This document shows positions 11,520 through 22,708 of a stretch of 64,000 nucleotides of DNA, piece by piece. This DNA is from a candidate division FCPU426 bacterium (GTDB lineage Bacteria; Oederibacteriota; Muellerivitia; Muellerivitales; Muellerivitaceae). The notes beneath the pieces are model-generated. The model had not been told where the DNA came from and made no database searches. It was given only the letters and a program-made list of their open reading frames with translations. Made by a program: the position numbers and the translations under genes. Position 1 is the stretch's first letter, and each line of letters begins with the position of its first letter. The stretch lies in contig CAWHOE010000027.1 in assembly GCA_963830915.1 (NCBI GenBank), positions 32,001 to 96,000 of the forward strand, read 5' to 3'.

Positions 11520-12638
11520 TTATTGTGAATTTTCAGTTTTGTTGGTAATCGCAAATACGCAATATTCATCGCCTTTTGACCGGGATTTAATTTCTTTTGC
11601 CTGCACTTTAATGCCAAAGGATCCTTCAATGATACCCGCAAGAAGCCCGGCGGTACAGAAACATACGTTTTTCCCGGTATTACCAAAAGCTTCGGATTCG
11701 ACTGTATGGGTAAGCGTCATGGTCTTTGTCTTTGTAGCCTCATTCCATTCAGTTTTAAGGACACTGAACCATCCCATCTGGGAATAGAAGGCAAAAGCCA
11801 TATCTGAGAGAATGTTGGGTTTGTCGATCCCCATCTTCTTGTAATGCTCGACATTTTCTTTGCCCATCTCCATATATGCCCGATAGTTGACCCCTCCTGC
11901 GGGCATCTCGCCCATGGTCTTTTTTAAAGAGTTCATCATTGAGGTGAAAATGAACCGTGGCATCATGACAACGGGATCATCAATCAGTTTTATAGTACCG
12001 TTGAGGGGTTTGTGTTCGATATATTCCGTTATAGCCGAATCCCCTTTTACAATTGCCTGTGCTTTGAACCTCCAGCTGGATTCAACCTGGTCGGCAACAA
12101 ATTCACAGACATCATCGCCTTTCGCATGACACTTTGTCTCGAGGCAGAACCAGTTCTTACCGGTTGCCGCAAAAAGAATACCTTCAATCCATCCTTGGTG
12201 GATACCACAGACTGCCATGTTCCAGTCTTTCATGATCTGTGATTCAAAGGTCTGTTTGGTACGTAGCCGTATCCGTTTATCGCTCTGCTCTATAAGCTCA
12301 AATGGAGCTCCCCAGCCCTGCTGGTGCTGGAGCTTGAATACAAGCATAAGAAATTCGGCCGGGGAAAGATTCAGGTCCAGTTTTTTTAACAGGTTATTAA
12401 GGCCCACCGATCCCATACCTACTGAGCGGAAAAGTTTTCTTACTGCCTGCACAGCAAGCTTTTTGTCAAGGTTGCTTTCATACATCTCGTAAATTGCTTT
12501 TACCAGATAATTTGGATTGCTTGCAGTCTTGACGCCAAAAACTGAATATGAACCGGCAACAGGATCCAGTTCAATGTAAGGCCGGATATCTTTTTCTCCT
12601 TTAAGGAAAGCTTCAAAATCTTCTCGTCCAATCTTCAT
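11520..12638 (-). CDS. Tandem V4R (4-vinyl reductase/Bet3-like) domain protein
   Basis: Two repeats of GWG/GWF...ES...C...G(W/L)..G...E.(C/S)..KGD..C.F (CHAKGDDVCEF; SRSKGDEYCVF). Confidence 0.82.
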   Translation of the reverse strand: MKIGREDFEAFLKGEKDIRPYIELDPVAGSYSVFGVKTASNPNYLVKAIYEMYESNLDKKLAVQAVRKLFRSVGMGSVGLNNLLKKLDLNLSPAEFLMLVFKLQHQQGWGAPFELIEQSDKRIRLRTKQTFESQIMKDWNMAVCGIHQGWIEGILFAATGKNWFCLETKCHAKGDDVCEFVADQVESSWRFKAQAIVKGDSAITEYIEHKPLNGTIKLIDDPVVMMPRFIFTSMMNSLKKTMGEMPAGGVNYRAYMEMGKENVEHYKKMGIDKPNILSDMAFAFYSQMGWFSVLKTEWNEATKTKTMTLTHTVESEAFGNTGKNVCFCTAGLLAGIIEGSFGIKVQAKEIKSRSKGDEYCVFAITNKTENSQ

Positions 12639-12762
12639 GAACGATTATTCTGGTATAATGCAATTAAAATATTTCGACTTGAAAGTTGTCAAAAAAATAA
12701 GGAAAATACCGGCAGGTGAACTGAGCAAAGGCTGTGGAGTTGTCGCCTGAGAATATCCAAAA

Positions 12763-13122
12763 TCACAGTGCTGCAATGATCCGATCCCTGTTTTTCTTGA
12801 GATCGTAGCGTATTCTTCCAATATTAGCGGATTCGTCTGCTACAATTGCAATAAGTTCATCTTCGGATAGGGGTGAAAGGAGGATAGTGCCTTTTTCAAG
12901 TTCGACCAGCATCTGGGCCAGTTGTCCTTTTTCCAGTGATGAGCCCATTGCTCCAGATGTGCCAAGACCTGTGGATGCCATGGCCGCAAGAGCTTCTATA
13001 TCGAATTTTCCTGAAACTGCACTCTCAATAACAAAACCGTCCGTCCCCGCAATTACTGCTGCTGATACTCCGTCTATTTTCAAAAACTCATTCAAAATCG
13101 GTTTTAATAATGTTTGTGCCAT
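12763..13122 (-). CDS. Roadblock/LC7 (MglB-like) domain protein
   Basis: IDGVSAAVIAGTDGFVIES, LAAM, ELEKGTILL, ANIGRIRY; 119 aa. Confidence 0.9.
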   Translation of the reverse strand: MAQTLLKPILNEFLKIDGVSAAVIAGTDGFVIESAVSGKFDIEALAAMASTGLGTSGAMGSSLEKGQLAQMLVELEKGTILLSPLSEDELIAIVADESANIGRIRYDLKKNRDRIIAAL

Positions 13123-13454
13123 CCCATTACCGCCAGTAAATAAATTGCTTAATATCTTTGAATACTTATACTTTGTCTTTTACAAAAAAAACTCCGGGAA
13201 AATTGATGCCTCTTTATTTCCAGAATCCTTCACTTTATAACACGATTTCAATAAACTAGCATAGGTCAATTATCCAAACCGAGGAACAAACGATGACGCA
13301 TTATAAAATACGCGTAAATTCGAAACCTTTCAAAAGGCCGCTGAAGATCCCTCTTGGCATTCACATGGCAGCTATCCTTTTGTTCATCACAATTACTCTG
13401 TGGTATGGCCCGGTAGAAGCATATTTTGCATTATAAGTAGAGGCACAAAGGATA

Positions 13455-15105
13455 TTATAAAAAAACGAGGGGATGGATCTCGGACGCCACGGGTGCATGC
13501 GATTTGATGCGACGGATGAGAGCGAGTTCTGGTGCAAGACCTAGTCCCCGGGAATATATTTCGGCCTGGATCAATTTATCAGCGGTATCCGCGTATTTGT
13601 CCGGGAACTCATCTGCAGAAGTATGATAGAGGAGTGCTTCCGAAAGAAAGCACTGTGCAATACCCCACGTTAAACCAATCTGACAGAAAATATCAAACGC
13701 GTTTAAATATTTAGTATCTATGTCTCGGGGCAGCGGTCTCTCAAAGTGCCGGTACGCGGTTCGTGCTAATTCGCACTCCCCAATAAGGGCCTCAGCAAAC
13801 CTTTTGAGGCTACGGATGCGTTGGGCTGCAGCCTTCAGCTTCCTGGTACAGGCATGCAGACCGTACAAGCAAGTTCTCCTCACCGGTACCGGTGCAGGCA
13901 CGGGCCCGGGCCAGTTCCGCCTGTTCTAATAACAAGGCAGACCGGCCCCGGAAGAGATCGTGACGGTAGACTGACTCTGCGGCATTGTAACAGGTGCATG
14001 CCCCATCCATTTCTCCGGTGAGGCGGCGGAAGACTCCTGTCCTGCACAGGATGTCTCCCCGGAGTTCTTCGACATCAGGGTTGCTATTTTCGGCATCGGC
14101 AATTTTGATGAGTTCAAGCGCTTGGGAAAACCGGGCCGGGGCGCGAGTGGGGCCGATATCCCCGCAAATCAGCTCGATTTCCCCGGCGCCGAACAAGTTT
14201 TTTGCTGCTGCAAACGGGCCGTATGTCTCACTCCTAGTGCCGACAAGGAATGCTTCCTTTGCACCAGTGAAATCGTTTAAGTGCATGAGGATAGTACCCC
14301 GCGAGATCCGTGATCCTGCAAGGATCGCGGAAGGGTCGAGATCCCTGGCTTCAGCAAGGCCTGTTCCTAGATTAAAGACCCCGAATGCTTCCTCGTACAG
14401 GTCTAAACTCAAAAAGAACTCTGCGTACCAGAAAAAGAATCTTGTTTCCTGTTCAAGCGGAGAAGCTGTTGCAACAAATCGGATAAAATCCCGGGCAAGC
14501 GATCCATCGATGTCGCTTGCAGGGACGTTCCCAAAAAAGATGTCCGCGTAGATCCCTTCAAGATAGTCATTAAGGGCGGCCGGGTTGCCGACGTTTTTCT
14601 GAAACGTTTCAAAGGCTGCTGCAATTTCGTGGCTTCGTTCCGTTCGTTGACCTATGGTTGCGATCACTCTAGGCTGGATTGGTTCGGCAGTTCCGCGAGT
14701 AATTTCACCAAGAAGTATCTTGAGATCGAGGAGTTCTCCGGTCGGGTCGTCCCGGCACCTGATACTAATATAACGGTTAAAGAGCCAGGGACGGCGGATG
14801 AAATAGTACGGGTTTGTCCGTTCGCTCGCTGCCCGGGCAAGGATCCCCCGGTCAATCAGCTGATCGAGGCGTTTCCTGAGTGCAGATTCTGATAGGTGAT
14901 GATCTTTTTCCCTGTTTTCCGGCCTTGGTTCTGAAAGGGAATGAATACGGGAAAGGATCTGCCGGATCTTCAATCGACCGTCATATAATACTAGGAGAGT
15001 CTCCTTTGCGGCAAAAGAAAGATCCGGCTCGTCATTCACCATCCGCTCAAATGTCGCCCGGTCAGGATACATCGTCTTGTTAGACGTTGGAGCAAACCCT
15101 AACAT
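13455..15105 (-). CDS. Winged-helix + TPR-like helical repeat protein, putative regulator (frameshift near 13850-13900; start uncertain)
   Basis: LSESALRKRLDQLIDRGIL...NPYYFI wHTH; downstream TPR-like helices (RGTILMHLNDFTGAKEAF, RTGVFRRLTGEMDGACTCY) continue into ORF 13455..13901. Confidence 0.65.
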
Positions 15106-15277
15106 ATAGATTCCGGATTTATTTTGGTTAGTAAACAAATCCGATATAACGTTGGAAAAAAACGCCCTCGTTTTTGCCCGGTTCCTTTTCCTTATATACT
15201 GATGGAACTAACCTAAAAAATAGGCCTGGGAAAGCACAGGCACGCTATAAAGAAACGTCTGTATAAGATGTTATCGG

Positions 15278-15360
15278 AAAGGAACGGGGACGCACCGGAA
15301 ACCCTCTCCCGGCAAGCCTCCTCCAAAGCCCCATACAAGGCAGACAGCCCCCGTTCCTTT
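15278..15360 (+). ncRNA. Candidate structured small RNA (perfect 12-bp terminal inverted repeat enclosing C-rich loops)
   Basis: AAAGGAACGGGG (15278-15289) pairs with CCCCGTTCCTTT (15349-15360); TATA-like sequence just upstream on + and T-run at the end. Confidence 0.4.
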
Positions 15361-15387
15361 TAGGCATCATCTATCTTTTCAATTGCG

Positions 15388-16789
15388 TCAATTCCTTACA
15401 GGGTGGTTGTTTTTGTCACCGCGACCTATCCCCCTGTAGATAAACCCATTTGCTATGAAGGCTTCGGGGTCAACCATATTTCTCCCATCCACAATGACCG
15501 GGTGCTTTTTTCCGGTAAGGGTCTTAATTTCACAAGGGTCAAGTGAACGGTATTGGTGGTGACCGGCAAAGATGACAACAGCATCTGCACCCCGTATCGT
15601 CTCTTCAAGCGAGGGCATCAAAGATATACCCGGAGCATGATCCACATACGGATCATGGACGGCAACCGTGGCTCCTGCTGCGATCATGGCGTCACGGTAC
15701 GGTTCTGAAGGGGTGTTTCTCGTATCATCAGAGTTGGAAAGGAATGCCCATCCAAGGAGCGCAATTTTTGCTCCTTTTACCGAAATACTCGCAAGGTCCA
15801 GACCGTCTTTTGTGAGCCTGACCATATGCCGGGGCATGAAATCGTTGATGGTACGTGCAGGTCCAAACAGCGAAGGCTGTCGTTCCGGGTAATCGAGGTC
15901 GCTGTTACCCAGCTGTTGTACGCCGCGTTCGAGATGGTAGGTGTCTTTGGTAAGACAATGGCCGCCAACTCCTGCGCCAGGCCAGAGCATTGCCCGTGTG
16001 ATCCCTTCACCTTTGAGGCTGTCGATACCTGCCCTCACATCGTAAAAGTTGATACCCATTGCCTCGCAGTAAAGGGCCAGCTGGTTTGCCGCCGCGATCT
16101 GGAGATCCCGGAACGTGTTCTCGGCTGTTTTTGTGACCTCAGCCGCTGTTGCTGTCATCGGGATCACTTTTCCGATAGTAAGAACAGGAGAATACAATTC
16201 TACCGCCCGGGCCGTGCTCACCGGATCAATGCCTCCGACAACACGGTCATGTTCTCTGATATTTCGGATCAGCCGGCCTACCATCACCCGTTCAGGAGCA
16301 TGAGCAAGAGCAAAATCGATACCGGCAACAAGTCCGGATTCTTCTTCAAGCATAACGCTAACCGGGCCGGCTGTTGTTCCCGGGGTGATGGTGGATTCAA
16401 GAACCACAAGCATTCCCGGCTTGAGGTTGCGACCCACATTCCGGATACCTTCATATAAAGCTGAGAAATCCGGGATAACGGCTCTCCTTGTTCTTAAAGG
16501 GTGTCTGGATGGAAAGGGTAACAGCGTCAAGTCCGGCAATTTTAGTAAAATCGCTTGTACATTCGAACTTTTTTTCATTTACCACTTTTCCAAGGAGGTC
16601 TTCAAGATCCGGTTCCTCGCCTTTAAGCGGGCTTTCCCCCCGGTTGAGCATCGCGATCTTATGTCCCGACGAGGGTGAATCCCTCTGAAACCCATACACG
16701 TGAGAAAAATACGGGGAGTTGGCGAAAAATACCGCTGCCGGTATACCGACATATCCCATGCCGATAACGCCAATCTTTTTTATGGGCAC
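15388..16789 (-). CDS. Nucleotide-sugar (UDP-GlcNAc/ManNAc) 6-dehydrogenase, WbpA/WecC-like (frameshift near 16480)
   Basis: GMGYVG Rossmann motif, ESTITPGTT, PERV, AEVTKTAENTFRD, PGAGVGGHCL, DDTRNTP. Confidence 0.9.
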
Positions 16790-16819
16790 CGCGGTTGTCG
16801 ATCTGCGCCTGAAGCGTCA

Positions 16820-17740
16820 TCACACTACCCCGGGAAGGAAACCCGCCTGAATTTCTTCGCTCAAGACGAGGTTACGGATTGCCTGTTCCGGGGTGACCGG
16901 GAACTGCAGGTGGTTCTGAGCGCAGGAAATAAACGTCGCCAGCTCCACTTTAAGAGGTTCAACTTTATTGACAGTTACTTTTTCGATGATGTTTTCCTGG
17001 ACATATCGTTCATTTTCGAATTGGTACTGGCCGGGTTTGCGATAAATCGTCACTTCCTGGCTCATGAAGTCTCCTTCAACGGTGAAATCCTCTTCTTCAA
17101 TATAGATCATACGGATCTTCTTGGATGCTTTGCGGCTTGCCGAGAGCGCTACCGGCACACCGTCGCACTCCATAAGCACACTGCACAGGTCACCATTTCC
17201 AACGGAATGGACATTGCTTGGGGTTTTCATAAACGCGTTAAGAATAATGTCGATATCATGGATCATCAGGTCTTCCACGACAGAACTCCCCGTGACCCGG
17301 GCTGACGCCGGGTTGTGCCGTTTCATCTCGATGAACAAAGGATTGGTGACGATCTTTTTTATCTCAGAAACGATAGGATTAAACCGCTCGATATGGCCAA
17401 CACCTATAGTGGTACCTGCCGGGGCACAGGCCATGAGCGTTTGTGCCTCTTTAGCAGTTGCACAAATCGGTTTTTCGATAAAAGCATGTTTTCCAGCGAG
17501 GAAGACCTGCCGGGCGACTGCCGCATGGAATTGAGTCGGCACACAAACACTTACCGCATCCACATGGTTAAGCAGGTCGTCAACCGTCTTATATGCAGTA
17601 GCACCGTGTTGAGTGCCAATATCGGTAGCTGCCTGCATATTCACATCGCAAACCCCGAGATGAGCTACACTTTTGAGTTCTGAGTAGACACGGACATGGT
17701 TTCTTCCCATAGAACCGACGCCGATAACCCCGACATCCAT
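16820..17740 (-). CDS. Gfo/Idh/MocA oxidoreductase (WlbA/WbpB-like sugar 3-dehydrogenase)
   Basis: GVGSMGRNH, EKPI, VGHIERFNP, DLMIHDID. Confidence 0.88.
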   Translation of the reverse strand: MDVGVIGVGSMGRNHVRVYSELKSVAHLGVCDVNMQAATDIGTQHGATAYKTVDDLLNHVDAVSVCVPTQFHAAVARQVFLAGKHAFIEKPICATAKEAQTLMACAPAGTTIGVGHIERFNPIVSEIKKIVTNPLFIEMKRHNPASARVTGSSVVEDLMIHDIDIILNAFMKTPSNVHSVGNGDLCSVLMECDGVPVALSASRKASKKIRMIYIEEEDFTVEGDFMSQEVTIYRKPGQYQFENERYVQENIIEKVTVNKVEPLKVELATFISCAQNHLQFPVTPEQAIRNLVLSEEIQAGFLPGVV

Positions 17741-17741
17741 A

Positions 17742-18833
17742 TTATTTCACCTTATTTACGGTTTCGCAGACATATGCAAGATCTTTTGTATCAAGTGACG
17801 GGTGTACCGGCAATGAGAGCACCGATGAAGAAAGCTGAGTAGCCACCGGGCAGGGATCTGGTTCTGCTACCGGTGCATATAGGGGTTGCCGGTGGATCGG
17901 AATGGGGTAGTGCACTGCCGATCCGATACCTTTTCCTTTAAGATAGTCCATAAACGCGGTCCGCGAAAGAGGGAACTCATCGGTGAGCCGGACGACGTAC
18001 TGATGGTATACATGCGTAACATTGTCAGAAACCACGGGTTTTTTAAGGCCTTTTGCCGTAAGGTTCGCCGCATAGTAATCTGCGTTTTTTCTCCGGCGCT
18101 GATTGAATTTGTCCAGTTTTTTAAGCTGCACAATACCGATAGCCGCGGCAATATCAGTCATCCGGTAATTATAACCAAGCACGGTGTGAAGGTATTTCTC
18201 GCTTTGGCCGTGGTTGATGAGGAGTCTGAGCCGGTCAGCAGTCGGTTTGTCGCTGGTGGTAATCATCCCACCCTCCCCGGTGATCATATTTTTAGTGGCA
18301 TAGAACGAGAAACACCCGGCTTTGCCGAAATTACCCACTTTGACACCATGGTACTGGGCCCCATGAGCTTGTGCTGCGTCCTCTAAAAGGACAAGGTTAT
18401 GCTCCTCGCAGATTTCCTGGATGGAATCGACATCGAACGGCTGGCCGAAAAGATGGACACCTATGACTGCCTTTGTCTTTGACGTTCTACGTTCATTTAC
18501 CTGATCCGGTCGGATATTGAAAGTCTGCTCGTCTACATCGGCAAAAACAGGTTTTGCACCGCACATCGAAACGGCGGTGGCAGTAGCAATAAATGAAAAT
18601 GCAGGAACAATTACTTCATCGCCGGGACCGATATCGCATGCCAGAAGGGCGGCATGGAGTGCAGTGGTACCGTTGCTGACAGCGACAGCTTGTGCGGTGC
18701 CACAGTACGTGGCAAATTTCTGCTCGAATTCTGCAACTTTATCGCCTTGTGCGAGCATTCCGGACTTCAAAACATCCGATACTGCCGCCACCTCATCCGG
18801 GCCAATTACCGGCCGCGCTATTGGTATCTGCAT
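17742..18833 (-). CDS. DegT/DnrJ/EryC1/StrS aminotransferase (WbpE-like)
   Basis: SNGTTALH, VHLFGQ, EDAAQAHG, FSFYATKNMITGEGG, GYNYRMTD. Confidence 0.93.
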   Translation of the reverse strand: MQIPIARPVIGPDEVAAVSDVLKSGMLAQGDKVAEFEQKFATYCGTAQAVAVSNGTTALHAALLACDIGPGDEVIVPAFSFIATATAVSMCGAKPVFADVDEQTFNIRPDQVNERRTSKTKAVIGVHLFGQPFDVDSIQEICEEHNLVLLEDAAQAHGAQYHGVKVGNFGKAGCFSFYATKNMITGEGGMITTSDKPTADRLRLLINHGQSEKYLHTVLGYNYRMTDIAAAIGIVQLKKLDKFNQRRRKNADYYAANLTAKGLKKPVVSDNVTHVYHQYVVRLTDEFPLSRTAFMDYLKGKGIGSAVHYPIPIHRQPLYAPVAEPDPCPVATQLSSSVLSLPVHPSLDTKDLAYVCETVNKVK

Positions 18834-18976
18834 GCTTTTTTCATTCCCCTTTAAAAACAAAACGCCTTTCAAAGTTAATAGATACAATCCGATAATATCA
18901 TTGCTGTCGTGCTATCTTTTGTGTAGGGAAAAAATGAAGATAGGTACATTAGGGCGGAACGTTCATATGATCCTGA

Positions 18977-19896
<920 letters not shown>

Positions 19897-19900
<4 letters not shown>

Positions 19901-20391
19901 AACACTTAGCGTCTCCCGACACCAACAATGAGGATGGAGAAGGTCTTCTTGTCCGGCGTATCAAGAACGGGACCGTGATAGATCACATCGACGGTGGCGA
20001 AGCACTTAACGTTGTAAAGATTCTTGGCATTGTCGGGACAACCACAGAAGCGCTTACAATAGCGACCAATGTCCCCAGTAAGAACATGGGTATGAAGGAT
20101 ATTGTCAAGATTTCCGACCGTGAGCTTTCCAAAGAAGAGGTCGACCGTATTGCACTTATCTCGCCCCGGGCAACTATCAACATTGTCAGGAACTATAAAG
20201 TCTGCGAAAAGAAGGGTGTCGAAATTCCTACGCTGATCGTCGGAAGCGTACGATGTCCAAATCCCGGCTGTATCACCCGGACCAACGAACCGATTCGTAG
20301 CAGGTTTGCAGTGCTCCCGGACGGGAAAGGTCTCCGTTGTATTTACTGTGATTCTGTAATTACCAAAGACCTCACCAGTTTCATCATATAA
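19897..20391 (+). CDS. pyrI: Aspartate carbamoyltransferase regulatory subunit
   Basis: [25 protein letters not shown]...RCIYCD zinc site. Confidence 0.95.
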
Positions 20392-20401
20392 CCAGGCCTC
20401 T

Positions 20402-20899
20402 TTATACATGCGAATGTGTTTGGATCAAGTGACCGTGGATATCGATCTCGCCACGCCAGATTCTGGTTGAGGAAATCCAACGACCATCTTCGGCCAGCAC
20501 GCACGTAATCTGGTGAATATCAACTTTACGTAGCTTTCGTTCACGCCGCAACTTGTTTATCTCTACTGCGACCGGCAGGGTTTCCTCAGATACAACAATA
20601 GCATCAAAATCGGTATCTAGTGCCGAACCGTAACGGTCACCAAGAGGCTCAATTTCCCAGCGAGTGGCATACTTTTTCTGGAGGGCATGGGTTGAGATAG
20701 CCCCCGTAATGAACTTTTCAAGATCGGCTTCACGCTCGGCAAACGGGTGGATCGGATGGGTTTTTCGGCTTGCAAACGAGTCGGTCGTAAGCCCGATGAC
20801 GACCTGACCTTCGGGTCCGGCAAGTTCGAACGACCGGGTCAAAAGGCGTTTATGTCCGTCGTGCAGGGGATCGAAAGTGCCCCCTACCATAACCTTCAT
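20402..20899 (-). CDS. coaD: Phosphopantetheine adenylyltransferase (archaeal type)
   Basis: GGTFDPLHDGH, IVVSEET, ISSTRI. Confidence 0.9.
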   Translation of the reverse strand: MKVMVGGTFDPLHDGHKRLLTRSFELAGPEGQVVIGLTTDSFASRKTHPIHPFAEREADLEKFITGAISTHALQKKYATRWEIEPLGDRYGSALDTDFDAIVVSEETLPVAVEINKLRRERKLRKVDIHQITCVLAEDGRWISSTRIWRGEIDIHGHLIQTHSHV

Positions 20900-20929
20900 A
20901 CTGTCTGTACGTTAAGTTCCTATGGTATT

Positions 20930-21424
20930 ATGGGTATGGATGCGAAGATCGCGGGTACACCTCTCTGGTGTGCACCCAACGCGACGGTGATTGGCAAAAT
21001 AACCGTTGGCAAGGATGTCGGGATATGGTTTGGCGCGGTCATCCGGGCCGACAAAGACCGGATCGTCATTGGTGACCGGTCGAATATCCAGGATAACTGC
21101 GTCGTCCATACCAGTGCCGGATTTCCGACAACAGTCGGGTGCGATGTATCTATAGGCCACGGGGCAATCCTTCATGGGTGCACCATCGGGGACCGGGTAC
21201 TTATTGGCATGGGAGCGATTGTGTTAAACGGTGCAACAGTCGGCGAATATTCCATTATCGGCGCTGGAGCGGTTGTTACCGAGGGCATGCAGGTACCGGC
21301 GGGTTCACTCGTGCTCGGTGTTCCGGGAAAAGTAATCAAAGAGACGACCGAGATCCAACGGGACCATATCGTCGAAAATGCGCAGTCATACGTCAGACTT
21401 GCCAGGGACTATATCCATGAATGA
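20930..21424 (+). CDS. Gamma-class carbonic anhydrase family (hexapeptide repeat) protein
   Basis: IWFGAVIRAD, SNIQDNCVVH, IGHGAILHGC, LVLGVPGK. Confidence 0.92.
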   Translation: MGMDAKIAGTPLWCAPNATVIGKITVGKDVGIWFGAVIRADKDRIVIGDRSNIQDNCVVHTSAGFPTTVGCDVSIGHGAILHGCTIGDRVLIGMGAIVLNGATVGEYSIIGAGAVVTEGMQVPAGSLVLGVPGKVIKETTEIQRDHIVENAQSYVRLARDYIHE

Positions 21425-22708
21425 CGTTGTTGTCATCGGGGCAGGTGTAGCCGGTATTCAGGCTGCATTGGATCTCGCAAACCATGGTAGTATCGTCCAC
21501 CTCATCGAGCGGGAACCCACCATCGGCGGCCATATGGCACAGCTCGACAAGACGTTTCCTACAAACGACTGTTCCATGTGTATTCTCTCCCCTAAAATGG
21601 TGGACGTCCAGCGCCATGAAAATATCAGGATCCATACACTTTCCGAGGTTGTGTGTGTTGAAGGTAAGGAAGGGGATTTCCGGGTCACCGTGCACGAATA
21701 TCCCCGGTATATTGATATAGTGACCTGCACCGGCTGTGGTGACTGCATCCAGATCTGCCCGGTTGAGGTCTACAACCGGTTCGATGCCGGGATTGGTGTC
21801 CGTAAAGCGATTTACAAGCCCCATCCTCAGGCAGTCCCGGACCGTGTCATCAAGGATGCCGAACACTGTATAGAATGCGGGCTCTGTTATGATGTGTGTG
21901 GGCCCCAGGCGATACTTCGCGATGACAAAGAGAAAGAGATCGTCATCGAAGCTTCATCAGTTGTAGTGGCTACAGGGTACGATGTATTTGATGCCCGGCA
22001 GAAAAGTCCGCTTGGGTACCTGAAATTCCCCGATGTGATTACAAGTCTCGAACTGGAGCGGATGATAAACGCCAGTGGCCCGACCGGGGGACAAATCCGG
22101 CGATTGAGCGACGGACGGGAACCAGAACATATCGTTTTTATCCAGTGTGTAGGATCCCGGGACATGACCCTTGGCCGGCCATGGTGTTCCTGCGTCTGCT
22201 GCATGCAGGCAATAAAGAACGCGATGCTCATTAAAGAAAAGCACCCGTCAATTGCAGTCACCATTTTGTATATGGACATCAGGGCCTACGGCAAAGGGTA
22301 CGAAGAATACTATGAGCGGGCAAAAACTGCCGGTGTCCGGTTCCTGCGGGGAATGCCGTCCGATGTGCGAGCTGATGCAAAAGGGCTCGGCATCCAGATA
22401 GAGAACACGGAAAATGGGGCGATCGAAGTACTCCATCCCGATCTTGTCGTGCTCTCTGTCGGCATTCAGCCCGGGAACGCAACCGCAGCACTTGCTGGTA
22501 TGCTAGGTATAGCACGCGAAGAAACCGGGTTCTTGCAGTCAGCCCATGACGCAGTGGATCCTACAGGTACAATCTGGCGGGCATCTATGTAGCCGGGACC
22601 GCAGTCTCCCCAAAAGACATCCCCGACAGTGTTGCTTCAGGAGAATCTGCTGCCATGAAGGCGTTTGTCAGTTCCAAAAAAGGGAAAGTCCGAGGTCGAT
22701 CCCGGTGA
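21417..22708 (+). CDS. Short HdrA-like FAD/Fe-S protein (frameshift near 22575)
   Basis: GAGVAG, GGHMAQLDKTFPTNDCSMCILSPK, ferredoxin CTGCGDC..CP / CIECGLC..C, CVGSRD..CSCVCC, YMDIRAYGK; +1 frame continues GIYVAGT...PKDIPDSVASG. Confidence 0.88.
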
